A DNA stretch of 64,000 nt from Myxococcales bacterium (GTDB taxonomy: Bacteria; Desulfobacterota; Binatia; HRBIN30), in the NCBI GenBank assembly GCA_037445065.1, contig JBBILD010000011.1, positions 1 through 64,000 on the forward strand. Direction: 5' to 3'. Below, piece by piece: positions 1 to 9,546 of this stretch. The position numbers and the translations under genes were made by a program. The notes under the pieces are model-generated. The model worked only from the letters and a program-made list of their open reading frames with translations, had not been told where the DNA came from and ran no database searches. Positions within the stretch are counted from its first letter, which is position 1; every line of letters starts with the position of its first letter.

Positions 1-1
1 G

Positions 2-1297
2 CCTGCGGGCACGGTGTGCAATGCGGGTACGGATGCGGTGGATGGGAGCCGGGATGCGGTGTGCGACCCGCAGGAGGTGTGCAGCGGGTTTGCCGACGAC
101 CCGTGTCCGCCAGACTTTGTGCGCCCAGCGGGGACGGTGTGCGATGTGGGCTCGGGGAACCCCAATGGCGGCAGCGTGTGTGACCCGGACGAGGTGTGCA
201 GCGGGGCGGCAGACGATCCGTGTCCGGCGGACAGTTTTGCCACCAGCAGCGTGGTGTGCCGGGCGGATGCTGGGGAGTGCGATGTGGCGGAGAACTGCCC
301 GGGCTCGCCGGATCAGGCGTGTCCGGTGGACTCCTTTGAGCCCAGCGGGGCGAGCTGCGGGGATGCCACGGACAACGACTGCACCAATCCGGACACCTGC
401 GATGGGGCGGGCAACTGTCTGGCCAATCATGAGCCTGCGGACACGCAGTGTTGGGGACCGAATCCGGACTCCAACGGCTTCAACCCACTTGGCAACCGCT
501 GCAAGTATGCGTGCGATGGTGGCGGGCAGTGTGTGTCGCACATCACGCTCAACTGCTGCGGCAACGGTATTGTGGAGGCGGGCGAGCAGTGTGACGACGG
601 CAACCAGTACTCGGGGCTACCGCCGGCGCCGGATGGGAGCCTGGAGTTCTGTCCGTCGGATCCGGCGTTCAACTGCCAGTTTGTGGCTGGGACGTCGAGC
701 TTGTATGTGCGCGGCAGTTCGCGGGCTCCGGCCACGGATGTGAAGGCGTGCCAGGTGGAGTTTGTGGTGGTCAACCCGAACAATCCGCCGGACCGCTACG
801 GCTTGGCGGACTACCGGCAGACGTGTGTGGACCAGGATCCGACCTGCGACTTCGATCCGCTGCCTGGGCGGTGTGGGTTTATCACGGTGGCGTGTGCGAA
901 CGTGAGCGACCCGAACCTGCCTGCGTGTTCGCCGGCGGCCAACAACGGCTTGCGGCGGCTGGAGGCGCGGCCGTTACTGACGGCGTTGGGGCTGAACCCG
1001 GTGATTGCCGCGCAGTACCAGAGCAACACCACGCAGATGGCCGCGGCGCTGACGCACCTGTTCGACCCGAGCAATCCTGGGGCAGGGTTTACCAACCAGG
1101 CGCCGCTGTTTGCGAGCCAGCAGAACCTGTGCAGCGAGCCGAAGATCCTGACCGTGTTCTCGGCCAGCAACCGCCCGAACGAGAGCGCACGGGCGCGGTT
1201 CAGCTTGCGCGTGTTTTCCGAGGACGGAAGGGTCCCCAAAGGAAGGACGAAGCGCAGCGTCCTGCGCCTCACCTGCAAGGCGCGGCCGCTGCCCTGA
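2..1297 (+). CDS. Cys-rich repeat protein, probably secreted (5'-truncated by window): disintegrin-like tandem repeats, myxobacterial Cys-rich repeat (DUF4215-like) and Cys-rich C-terminal domain
   Basis: Frame open from base 2. Repeats PAGTVC...VCDPxEVCSGxADDPCPxD; CRADAGECDVAENCPG; CGNGIVEAGEQCDDGN. Followed by a strong hairpin. Confidence 0.8.
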   Translation, partial: PAGTVCNAGTDAVDGSRDAVCDPQEVCSGFADDPCPPDFVRPAGTVCDVGSGNPNGGSVCDPDEVCSGAADDPCPADSFATSSVVCRADAGECDVAENCPGSPDQACPVDSFEPSGASCGDATDNDCTNPDTCDGAGNCLANHEPADTQCWGPNPDSNGFNPLGNRCKYACDGGGQCVSHITLNCCGNGIVEAGEQCDDGNQYSGLPPAPDGSLEFCPSDPAFNCQFVAGTSSLYVRGSSRAPATDVKACQVEFVVVNPNNPPDRYGLADYRQTCVDQDPTCDFDPLPGRCGFITVACANVSDPNLPACSPAANNGLRRLEARPLLTALGLNPVIAAQYQSNTTQMAAALTHLFDPSNPGAGFTNQAPLFASQQNLCSEPKILTVFSASNRPNESARARFSLRVFSEDGRVPKGRTKRSVLRLTCKARPLP

Positions 1298-1331
1298 GGG
1301 GAGCTGGGTACTCAACGAGGCGGCACGCAGA

Positions 1332-1372
1332 GCGCGAGGGGTGGGGAGAGGTCCCCACCCCTCGCGCGTTTT
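1332..1372 (+). terminator. Rho-independent terminator
   Basis: Perfect 16-bp stem GCGCGAGGGGTGGGGA / TCCCCACCCCTCGCGC, 4-nt loop, then GTTTT, 35 nt after the stop codon. Confidence 0.75.
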
Positions 1373-1460
1373 CGAAGAAGGCCCGCTGCTGCCTCTCGCG
1401 CTAGGTGGCGCCGTTGCCATGCAACCGCGGCCTCCACGGTGCGTGGTGGGCGGCCAAGGG

Positions 1461-1811
1461 CGGCAGGGGCTTTGTGCCTTTCCGTGTTCCGAATCCGAGG
1501 GGATGCCACATCGTGCGGCAGCCATCGCACCACTTCGTGCGTGCGGCGCCCTCGATCGGGTCACGGATGCCGAATCGCACCACGGGCGGCCACAAGGGCC
1601 GCTCCTACAGCGTGCAGGCGGCGTCGGTGCCAGTGGGGTCGCACGCTGTCCCCAAGGAAATGTAGGGGCAGGCCTTGTGCCTGCCCGTGTTTCGAATCCG
1701 ACGGCATGCCGCATTGTGGGACAGCCATCAGAGCAGTTGTGCGTGCGGGGCGCACGATCGGGCCATGGGGGCCGAATCGCCTCACGGGCGGCCACAAGGG
1801 CCGCCCCTGCA
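1461..1811. repeat. Two diverged ~150-bp tandem REPIN-like units bounded by REP-like palindromes
   Basis: Units ~1461-1609 and 1661-1811 share CGTGTTyCGAATCCGA, CAGCCATC, GTGCGTGCGG, CGATCGGG and GCCGAATCGC. Both end in GGGCGGCCACAAGGGCCGCyCCTrCA. Unit 2 starts TGTAGGGGCAGGCCTTGTGCCTGCCC. Confidence 0.75.
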
Positions 1812-2136
1812 CACCCGGTGGGACGCGCGGTGCCCGGACCGGCGGGGCCCATCACAACGTGGGTGCCCACGGGACGAAGTGGGTGTCCACGGAAGGTGCG
1901 GTCCCCATTCACCATTCGCGACTCGCCATTCGCCGGACCACCGCTTGCTGCTGGCCGCTGGTCGCATTGGACCGTTGGTGCGGGTGGCCAGGGCCGCTCG
2001 CAGCGATACGAGAGGGTCCCGACGAGGCCGCACTCAGAGGGGGCGGGTGTCGCAAGCGACTGTAGGGTGGCAGACGTGGCTGCAGACGCGTTGTGCTGAC
2101 TTGCCGGACGTGCAGGACGGCGCGTAAGCTACGGCC

Positions 2137-4032
2137 ATGTCGCGCCGCCGGGAAAAGCGCCTGCGCCGAGAGCCGCAAGTGGAGGCGCCGAAGCCTGTTC
2201 CTGCGACACTTCGGCGGTCGTGGAAATGGGAATGGCTAGAAACGGGATGGTGGGGCGGGGTCGTACTCGTGCTGGCGGTCTTGGTGGCGTACATCCCGGC
2301 AATACGGGGCGGTTGGGTGTGGGACGACGATGACTACGTGACTCGCAACCCGACCCTTCGCTCCTGGTCCGGACTCTGGCGGATCTGGTTCGAGCCTGGA
2401 GCAACTCCGCAGTACTACCCACTCGTCCACACCACGTTTTGGCTCGAGTACCAGCTCTGGGGGCTGTGGCCTGGCGGTTTCCACTTCACCAGTGTGGCCT
2501 TGCACGCCACCAGCGCCTTGCTGCTCTGGAGGGTGCTCGTCGTTTTGGGGTTCCCCGGCGCATTATGGGCCGCTGCCGTGTGGGGGCTGCATCCCGTGCA
2601 AGTCGAGTCGGTGGCCTGGGTCACCGAGCGCAAGAACACGCTGAGTGGTTTCTTTTTTATGGCGGCGTCGCTGCTTGCGCTGAAACACACGTTGCACGGA
2701 GGCCGCCGCTGGCACGGCGTTCCCTATGTTGCGAGCTTTCTTCTGTACGCTTGCGCGTTACTGAGCAAAACCGTGACCGCCACCTGGCCGGTCGCTGTGG
2801 CGCTCGTATGGTGGGGCCGTCTCGGCACGGTCCCGCGTGCGTGGCTTGCGCGCTTGCTGCCGTTTCTTGCCCTTGGTGGGGCCTTGGCCGCTGTGACGGT
2901 AATCATGGAACGGCATCATGTGGGCGCGCTCGGCCCGGACTGGAACCTGACCTTTTTGGAGCGTCTGCTCATCGCTAGCCGGGCCCTGTGGTTTTATCTC
3001 GGGAAGCTCGTATGGCCAGTGGGTCTCACCTTCGTGTATCCGCGCTGGGAGATCACGGCCACGGACCCGCTCGCCTATGGTTGGGTGGCTGCTTGTGCTC
3101 TCGCCTCACTCGTTTTGCTGTTTGCTCGGTCCAGAGTGGGTCGCTGGCCGCTGGTAGCGGCGGCATACTTTGCAGTCACGTTAGCTCCAGCGCTGGGTTT
3201 CGTGAATGTGTTTCCCATGCGGTATTCCTTCGTCGCGGATCACTACCAGTACTTGGCAAGCGTCGGCCCACTCGCTTTGGCGGCGTGCTCAGCGGCGCGG
3301 TTTTGGGCCGCCCGTGTGGCCTCCACGAACCTCACTCTGCGCCGATTCTTCGGCATCGCCATCGCTTCGTTCTTGGCGGTCTCACTCGCCTGCCGGACAT
3401 GGGTGCAGGCCCGCGCCTATCGCGACGCGGAGACCCTTTGGCGCGACACGTTGCAAAAAAACCCGAAGGCCTGGATGGCACACAACAACTTGGGCCTCCA
3501 CCTGCTCGAGCAGGGGGAGCTACGGCAGGCACAGGAGCACTTCGAGCAAGCTCTCGCAGCGAAAGCCGACGACAGCTTTGCCATGAACAATCTGGGGCTC
3601 GTTCATGCGCATCGCGGCGAGCTGCAACGCGCTGCAGATTGGTTCGCTCGTGCCATCGAGACCGATCCCCAGCAAGCCGAGGCTGCCAACAACTTGGGGA
3701 ACGTGTTCGCGCAAACAAAGCAGTGGGAGGCCGCGGAAACCGCATTTCGCCTCGCCCTCCAGCGCCGCCCTGCCTACGCCGAGGCATGGAACAACTTGGC
3801 GAATGTCCTCGCCATGCAAGGGCGCACCGGGGAGGCAATCGAAGCGTACCGGCAAGCGGTGGCTCTCGATCCTGCGTACTTGGATGCGCTGTTGAACCTA
3901 GCTCGCGTCCTTGCAGCGAGTGGACAGCCAGAAGAGGCACGGCAGTGGGTCGAGCGCGCTTTACTGGTAGACCCGCGCAACGATGCAGCCAGGGAACTGC
4001 GTTCGGAGCTGAGATCCTTGCCCGGTCGCTGA
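2137..4032 (+). CDS. TMTC-like GT-C membrane glycosyltransferase with C-terminal TPR repeats
   Basis: First-loop WDDDDYV; HPVQVESVAWVTERK; ADHYQYL; many TM segments; AxNNLG-type TPR repeats. Confidence 0.85.
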   Translation: MSRRREKRLRREPQVEAPKPVPATLRRSWKWEWLETGWWGGVVLVLAVLVAYIPAIRGGWVWDDDDYVTRNPTLRSWSGLWRIWFEPGATPQYYPLVHTTFWLEYQLWGLWPGGFHFTSVALHATSALLLWRVLVVLGFPGALWAAAVWGLHPVQVESVAWVTERKNTLSGFFFMAASLLALKHTLHGGRRWHGVPYVASFLLYACALLSKTVTATWPVAVALVWWGRLGTVPRAWLARLLPFLALGGALAAVTVIMERHHVGALGPDWNLTFLERLLIASRALWFYLGKLVWPVGLTFVYPRWEITATDPLAYGWVAACALASLVLLFARSRVGRWPLVAAAYFAVTLAPALGFVNVFPMRYSFVADHYQYLASVGPLALAACSAARFWAARVASTNLTLRRFFGIAIASFLAVSLACRTWVQARAYRDAETLWRDTLQKNPKAWMAHNNLGLHLLEQGELRQAQEHFEQALAAKADDSFAMNNLGLVHAHRGELQRAADWFARAIETDPQQAEAANNLGNVFAQTKQWEAAETAFRLALQRRPAYAEAWNNLANVLAMQGRTGEAIEAYRQAVALDPAYLDALLNLARVLAASGQPEEARQWVERALLVDPRNDAARELRSELRSLPGR

Positions 4033-4050
4033 ACGAATGGCTGGTGCTGC

Positions 4051-4920
4051 TCAGCGTGCGCAGCGAAAACCGGTGCTGCGGCTCACGTTATGCGGGTTCA
4101 CTCCTGCAAACACGGCAAAGGCTCCGTTCCGGGAGCCAGTGGCAAAGTTTCCCCCGCGGATGATCGCTCCGGGCAAGTTGGGGCGGAACTCCACCAACTC
4201 CCGCTTGAACAGGCGGGCGAGCCGCGAACTCGTTTGCGCTTGCGGCGCCGCTCCCATGCAGCTCAGGTCCGACCCGTACTCAGCAGGCCACGATTCGCAT
4301 CCCCCCGCTGGGTTAACCCAGTCGCCGACCCATTCCCACACGTTGCCCACCAGGTCGTGCGCCCCCCAGCGCGATACGCAGGCAGAACGCGATCCCACCG
4401 GCGCTGCAAAATCCGAGGCGGTGACACAGGTGGTTTGGTTGTCGTCGGCGTCGTTTGCGTCGGGCGTTCCTGCAACCGCTGCTTGCCACTCTTGGTTCGT
4501 GAGCAGGCGCTTACCGGAAAGGCGGCACGCTTGCTCGGCTTGAAACCAGGTCACGCACGTGCTCGGCAATACGCCCGCGATGGACAATGCATACAAGGGC
4601 CTGCGCCAGTGGCCGTTGCGAGGGAAATCCGCTCCGTACTCTTCGCCCGTACAGGTGCCTTCCGGGATCGTACCGAGTTGCCGCGCACCGGCAGCCTGCA
4701 GTTGCGCAGCCGTGAGCCGGCCAAAGATCGCCCGGCGAACCAACACGGGATCCTCCGGCAACTCCCAAATGCTGGCTTCGTATTTGTCCACGCACACCGG
4801 CCCCACGGCTACTTGATCCGGTGCGCACCGCTGCCGATGGGCGGCCTGGGCGTCGCAGACCAGCGGAAGCAACAACGTTCCTGCAAGGAAGAACCAGGAG
4901 CTTGGTCGGAAGCGAGTCAC
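4051..4920 (-). CDS. Secreted FGE-sulfatase/SUMF1 (C-type lectin fold) domain protein
   Basis: Signal peptide after GTG at 4920 with upstream AGGAG. Motifs VDKYEAS, GKRLLTNQEW, DLVGNVWEW, RGG...GFRC. Confidence 0.8.
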   Translation of the reverse strand: MTRFRPSSWFFLAGTLLLPLVCDAQAAHRQRCAPDQVAVGPVCVDKYEASIWELPEDPVLVRRAIFGRLTAAQLQAAGARQLGTIPEGTCTGEEYGADFPRNGHWRRPLYALSIAGVLPSTCVTWFQAEQACRLSGKRLLTNQEWQAAVAGTPDANDADDNQTTCVTASDFAAPVGSRSACVSRWGAHDLVGNVWEWVGDWVNPAGGCESWPAEYGSDLSCMGAAPQAQTSSRLARLFKRELVEFRPNLPGAIIRGGNFATGSRNGAFAVFAGVNPHNVSRSTGFRCAR

Positions 4921-5076
4921 TGCGGATTCCTGTACTCCTCGCTGCTTCGCAGGGTCAAGCGGGGGAGGTTTTCTCCCCGTGCACCGAACTAGGCAAAGCA
5001 GCACTGCTGGGGTGCTGCGCGGTGCGTCTTCCGCGCTTCAGGGCCTCGCGAGTCGGATCGTGGATGGTCGCCCGAT

Positions 5077-7008
5077 TCATTGCGCTAGGGCCGCCCGCGC
5101 ATCCCGCGCCACCTGCTCATCGCCGCGCTGTTCCGCCAGTCCGAGCGCTGCTTCGAAGCGCGCGCGAGCCTGTGCTTCGTGTCCCGCGTCGCGAAGGGCA
5201 GCGGCCAAGTTGTAGTGCGCGCGCGGGTCGTCCGGGGCGAGTTCGACCACGCGTTGGTAGTGAACGAGGGCTTCGTCCTGGTGGCCTGCTGCCTCCAAGA
5301 CCATGGCGAGCTGGTTATGAGCTGCCGCTAACCTTGGCTGGTAGCGCAACGCCTGTCGGTAGGCGGCTTGGGCTCCCTTTAGATCTCCTCGTTCCGCGAG
5401 TAGATCCCCCCACAGCACCGATGCTTTGGCGTGAGTGGGGTCCACCGCGAGCGCCCTGCGCACGTGCTCGAGTGCAGCATCGCGTTCACCAAGAGCGCGC
5501 AGGGCCAACGCCATGTTGAAGTTGGCGGATACGTGTTCGGGGTCGTGCAGGAGCACAGCGCGGTAGTGACGAATCGCCGCATCGAGGTTTCCTTCTCGTG
5601 CCTCCAAGGCTCCGAGAGAGAGCCTCGCCAGTGGCATGAGTGGGCGCAGCCGCAGGGCTGCTTCCAGGTGCTGGCGCGCCTCCTGCCGCCTCCCCCGCTC
5701 GAGGAGGAATGCGCCGAGGTTGGCGTGGGCGACGTGGTTGTTTGTGGTAACTGCCAGTGCATGCCGGAACAGTGTTTCCGTGTTGCGCCAGACTTGCACT
5801 TGTTGAGCGGTCCGCGGCAGCCAGCCGAAGACCAGGAGCGTGCTGCCGGCGGCAGCACACAAAAGCCGCCGGTTCCCATCTCCTCCCGCCCATTGGCGGG
5901 CTGCAAACGCGAGCGCGAGGAAAACGCCCACCAGCGGCAGGTAGGTGAAGCGGTCCGCCCGGGCTTGATCGCCGACTTGCACGAGACCGCTTACTGGCAA
6001 CAGGCTGAATGCATACCAGAACCAGCCGACCGCGAAGTGGGGGTGCGACCGAGCCCATAGACACGCCCCACCAGTGATTCCGAGCAGAAGCAAAGCACAG
6101 GAGGCGACCAGATGGTTGCTCAGCGCCTGTCGTGGGTAGAAAACCGCGAGCCCGAAGGGCCAGACAAGGTCGCGGATGTACGAAACGTAGGCCACCGTGA
6201 AATTGGCCAGGCGAGCACCGAGCGGGCTCGCTTCGAGGGGTTCCATCGCCCCAGCGGCTCGCTGGGTGCTCAGCGTAATCACGCCGACCGCAAGGGCAGC
6301 GAGCAAAAACGGCACTTTTTCGAGTACCAGTCCCTGCCACGCCCGGCGGTGTGGCTGGCGAAGGCTCCACGGTGCGCGCCCGAGCGGCCAAAAGTCGAAG
6401 AGCAACCACAAGATGGGCAAAGTCACGACCATCGATTTCGAGAGCAGCGCTGCTGCGAAGGCTCCCAATGCTGGCCAGTACCAGCCGAGTTTTTGTCTAC
6501 GCGTGTACCGCACGTAGGCCCAAGAGCTGAGCAAGGCAAAAAACGTACTGAGAACGTCCTTGCGCTCCGAAACCCAGGCCACCGACTCTACATGCAAGGG
6601 GTGCAAACCGAAGGCGGCGGCAACCCAGAGGCTGGCCCACCACGCTGCAGTGCCTTCCTGCAGAACTCGGAACAAAAGCCACACATTGGCCACATGGAGC
6701 AGAAGATTCACGGCGAGGTGCGCCGGAGCGTGCAAGCCGAACAAGCTGCAGTCGAGCAGGTGCGAGAGGCTGGTCAGGGGATGCCAGCTCGCGTGATGGT
6801 AGCGGGTGAAGGCCCACACAAGGCCCTCCCACGAAAGACCACGGCGAACGATCGGGTGTTCGCTCACGTATTCATTGTCGTCGAAGTTCAGGAACTCATG
6901 CCTGGCGAGGTCGTGGTACGCCGCAGCAACCAGAGCCAGCACAGCGAACACGGCAGATCGCTGCAGCCAATCGGTGCGAGTGTGGTTTGCCGGAGCAGAG
7001 CGGCTCAT
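5077..7008 (-). CDS. TMTC-like GT-C membrane glycosyltransferase with C-terminal TPR repeats
   Basis: FLNFDDNEYV, WHPLT, HPLHVESVAWVSERKDVLS, ADRFTYLP, TPR repeats. ATGA overlap with the upstream gene. Confidence 0.85.
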   Translation of the reverse strand: MSRSAPANHTRTDWLQRSAVFAVLALVAAAYHDLARHEFLNFDDNEYVSEHPIVRRGLSWEGLVWAFTRYHHASWHPLTSLSHLLDCSLFGLHAPAHLAVNLLLHVANVWLLFRVLQEGTAAWWASLWVAAAFGLHPLHVESVAWVSERKDVLSTFFALLSSWAYVRYTRRQKLGWYWPALGAFAAALLSKSMVVTLPILWLLFDFWPLGRAPWSLRQPHRRAWQGLVLEKVPFLLAALAVGVITLSTQRAAGAMEPLEASPLGARLANFTVAYVSYIRDLVWPFGLAVFYPRQALSNHLVASCALLLLGITGGACLWARSHPHFAVGWFWYAFSLLPVSGLVQVGDQARADRFTYLPLVGVFLALAFAARQWAGGDGNRRLLCAAAGSTLLVFGWLPRTAQQVQVWRNTETLFRHALAVTTNNHVAHANLGAFLLERGRRQEARQHLEAALRLRPLMPLARLSLGALEAREGNLDAAIRHYRAVLLHDPEHVSANFNMALALRALGERDAALEHVRRALAVDPTHAKASVLWGDLLAERGDLKGAQAAYRQALRYQPRLAAAHNQLAMVLEAAGHQDEALVHYQRVVELAPDDPRAHYNLAAALRDAGHEAQARARFEAALGLAEQRGDEQVARDARAALAQ

Positions 7009-8555
7009 GGGCGGCGCTCGAAGACGGCAAGATACGTGTCACCGCGCGGCGCTTGTGCCGCTTCTTCGCCCCAATACATCCACGATGGGCCGTTTGCTTC
7101 CATGCGAATGAGCCCCACCATCCGGTAATCGCGGTTCACCCACTCTGCTGACCAGGTAAAAATCGTGCGGTCGGAGTCCGCCCGCACGCGCCACGAACTC
7201 GGCACGTGTACGAGCACTGCAAAGCGGGGTTTGCGGCGTTCGAGCTCCTCGATCAGGTCTCGCTGCATGTTGCGCGCGTACGGATGTGTCTCCATTAGCG
7301 GATACATATACAGGTAGCCGGTCGCGGCACGGCGTTGCGCATAGAAGTAGATTTGGGGCTCTGATCCGAGCACCGCAATTCGGTCCTCCGGTCGGCTGTG
7401 CGCGCGCAAAAAGCGCCCGACCTCCAGCGCCTCCGGAAACGGATTTGCCTGGTACACGAGTCGCGCCTTTTGCTCGGGGGTGAGTTCGCGAATCGAGGTC
7501 CACTCCCGCCACAGCGCAGTGCCTGCCGCGCTGGCCAGGAATGCCGCGCCGAACAGCGCGTGCCGCGTAAACCGTGCCTCTGCCCACGTGGCTGCCAAGA
7601 GCGAGGCTGCGGGCACGAGTAGCAAGAAGTAGTGCTCGCTGAACCGCCAGCCGAGCGCAACGCTGCCAAGGCTTGCCAAGACGAATCCCCAGAACGGAAC
7701 CCCGCCCGAAATCGGCCGGGAGAGGATCCGAGCGCCAGCGCCCGCTACCGCTGCAAGCCATAATGCCGGCGCATCATGGAGGAGATGCCGTGCGCTGCGT
7801 CCTAATTGGGCGAGCCCCTCGGACCAGCCGACCCCGCTCGCGTACTCGCGCGCGTACACAAAGGTCCAAAACCAAAACGGCTGCCATGCATCCCACCAGC
7901 AGAGGAGCGCGGCCAGGCCCGCGAGGGGAAGCAGATAGCTGCCGACCAGGATTGCCGCGCGGGCGGCGAAGCGAGGCAGCGTTTGTGCAGAAAAAAACAA
8001 GAACGCAGGCACCAGGAAGACCACGGCGGATTGCTTCATCAGGTACGCGAGACCCAGCAGAATCCCGGCTGGCACGAGCAGCCAGGATCGCGCTCGCCGG
8101 TCCGCTTGCAGCGCCAGCCATAGACCGGGTAGCGCCAAGGCGAGGACAAACTGCTCGGCCTTAGCGGCGAATCCGAGGATTCCCGGACCGCTGCCCAATA
8201 CCGCGAACGTGGCAGTCGCGAGAATGGCCGCGGTGGGCGAGAGCCAGTGGCGAGCCAGCGCATACAGGAATCCCGCTGCCAAGAGATGCGCGCCAGTGGC
8301 GACGAGCCGCACCGTAAGGGCAGAGTCGGGGAAGATGGAGAAGACCCCTGCATACACAAAATACACCCCGGGCAGTTTCATGTGGTGCGCATCTACGTAC
8401 GGAACCCCGCCGTCGCGCAGGAGCTGCCCGAAGTACGCATACTCGCCCTCGTCGCGCTCCAGCGGTACGTGGAGGAACTGCCAGCGCCACCAGAACGCGA
8501 TGGCGAGAATGGCACCCACGAGAAGTACGCGCAGGAAGCGGCTCGTCTCAGGCAC
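7005..8555 (-). CDS. GT-C fold glycosyltransferase (ArnT/PMT_2, GT39/GT83-like)
   Basis: PLERDEGEYAY acidic motif after TM1, PYVD..HMKLPG, multi-TM body, periplasmic C-terminal domain. GTG start at 8555 overlaps the upstream stop. Confidence 0.8.
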   Translation of the reverse strand: MPETSRFLRVLLVGAILAIAFWWRWQFLHVPLERDEGEYAYFGQLLRDGGVPYVDAHHMKLPGVYFVYAGVFSIFPDSALTVRLVATGAHLLAAGFLYALARHWLSPTAAILATATFAVLGSGPGILGFAAKAEQFVLALALPGLWLALQADRRARSWLLVPAGILLGLAYLMKQSAVVFLVPAFLFFSAQTLPRFAARAAILVGSYLLPLAGLAALLCWWDAWQPFWFWTFVYAREYASGVGWSEGLAQLGRSARHLLHDAPALWLAAVAGAGARILSRPISGGVPFWGFVLASLGSVALGWRFSEHYFLLLVPAASLLAATWAEARFTRHALFGAAFLASAAGTALWREWTSIRELTPEQKARLVYQANPFPEALEVGRFLRAHSRPEDRIAVLGSEPQIYFYAQRRAATGYLYMYPLMETHPYARNMQRDLIEELERRKPRFAVLVHVPSSWRVRADSDRTIFTWSAEWVNRDYRMVGLIRMEANGPSWMYWGEEAAQAPRGDTYLAVFERRP

Positions 8556-9546
8556 GATTCGCAAAGTCCCCAGCCGTTGCACCCTGTCGCTCGCCTGCCG
8601 GGTGCGATTTTTTCCCCGCGTGCTGCTCGTACTGGGAGCGAAGCACGAAGCCGAGGCGCGGGCCGAAAAGCATTCGGTAAAGGCGCGCAACATACACCCC
8701 CAGCACGCCGATCGCCGAGAGCAGAAGACCGGCGACGGAAAGCAAGACCGGCTCGAAGCTGTGCATCGAAAGCGGAAGGACGAGGCTTGCTATCCCGAGA
8801 AGAAGTGTGGCGGCCCCCGCCACAGCCGCCACCACGGATACGAGGACGAGTGGCAGCGTGGTGAAGCTGGTGATGATGTCCAGGTTCAACCGCGCCAGCG
8901 ACCACGCTGTGTAGCGCGAGCGGCCGTGCCGGCGCGGCTCATGGCGCACCGGCACTTCCACAACGCGAAAGCCCAGCCACACAGCGAGGGCAAAAAAGGG
9001 CTTCCCCGGCGCCCACGCTTGCCGGGTGGCCTCGATGACTTCGCGCCGATACAGCTTGAATTGGCCACCGTAGTCGCGGAGGTCGCGGCCAACGAGCAGC
9101 CGCGCAATCCAGTGCACAACGCGGGAGCCGAGAAAGCGCCACCACGGTTCGGGTCGCACCGCACGCAGGGCCGAAACCATGTCCACCTCGGTGGTGAGAG
9201 CTGCAAGGAGCTTGGGGATTTCCTCGGGCGGGTTTTGCAAGTCGGCATCGAGCGTCAGCACCCGCTCTCCACGTGCGGCAAACAAACCGCAACTCAGGGC
9301 GGCCGCCTGACCGAAGTTGCGGCTGAGCGTGAGTACGCGCAGGGAAGGATCGCCGGAGGTAAGGGCGCGCAAGATTTCCGGTGTACGGTCGGTGCTGCCG
9401 TCGTCCACAACGATGATTTCGAAGGGCTCGCCCCGCGCCTGCAGCACGTTGCGGGTACGCTCGATCACTTCTGCAACCGTGTGCTCTTCGTTGAACACCG
9501 GGAGGACAACGGAAATTGCCACGGCTGCTTGTAGAGACTCGCTCAC
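8548..9546 (-). CDS. GT2 polyprenyl-phosphate glycosyltransferase (ArnC/GtrB-like)
   Basis: SVVLPVFNEE, VVDDGSTDRT, LSRNFGQ, DADLQNPPEEIP, two C-terminal TM helices. GTGA overlap with the WbqC stop. Confidence 0.88.
   Translation of the reverse strand: MSESLQAAVAISVVLPVFNEEHTVAEVIERTRNVLQARGEPFEIIVVDDGSTDRTPEILRALTSGDPSLRVLTLSRNFGQAAALSCGLFAARGERVLTLDADLQNPPEEIPKLLAALTTEVDMVSALRAVRPEPWWRFLGSRVVHWIARLLVGRDLRDYGGQFKLYRREVIEATRQAWAPGKPFFALAVWLGFRVVEVPVRHEPRRHGRSRYTAWSLARLNLDIITSFTTLPLVLVSVVAAVAGAATLLLGIASLVLPLSMHSFEPVLLSVAGLLLSAIGVLGVYVARLYRMLFGPRLGFVLRSQYEQHAGKKSHPAGERQGATAGDFANRA

Noticed and set aside
1461..1811. CRISPR array
   Set aside because: Only two or three degenerate palindromes; the intervening sequences resemble each other rather than being unique spacers; no cas genes
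974..2127. Long ORFs across the 1.3-2.1 kb gap (e.g. 974-1915 minus, 1341-2099 plus)
   Set aside because: Low-complexity Arg/Pro/Gly/Ala translations over a terminator and REP repeats; no recognisable motifs
4051..4200. C-type lectin-fold C-terminus as a diversity-generating retroelement target
   Set aside because: No reverse transcriptase gene and no second near-identical template copy of this segment seen in the window
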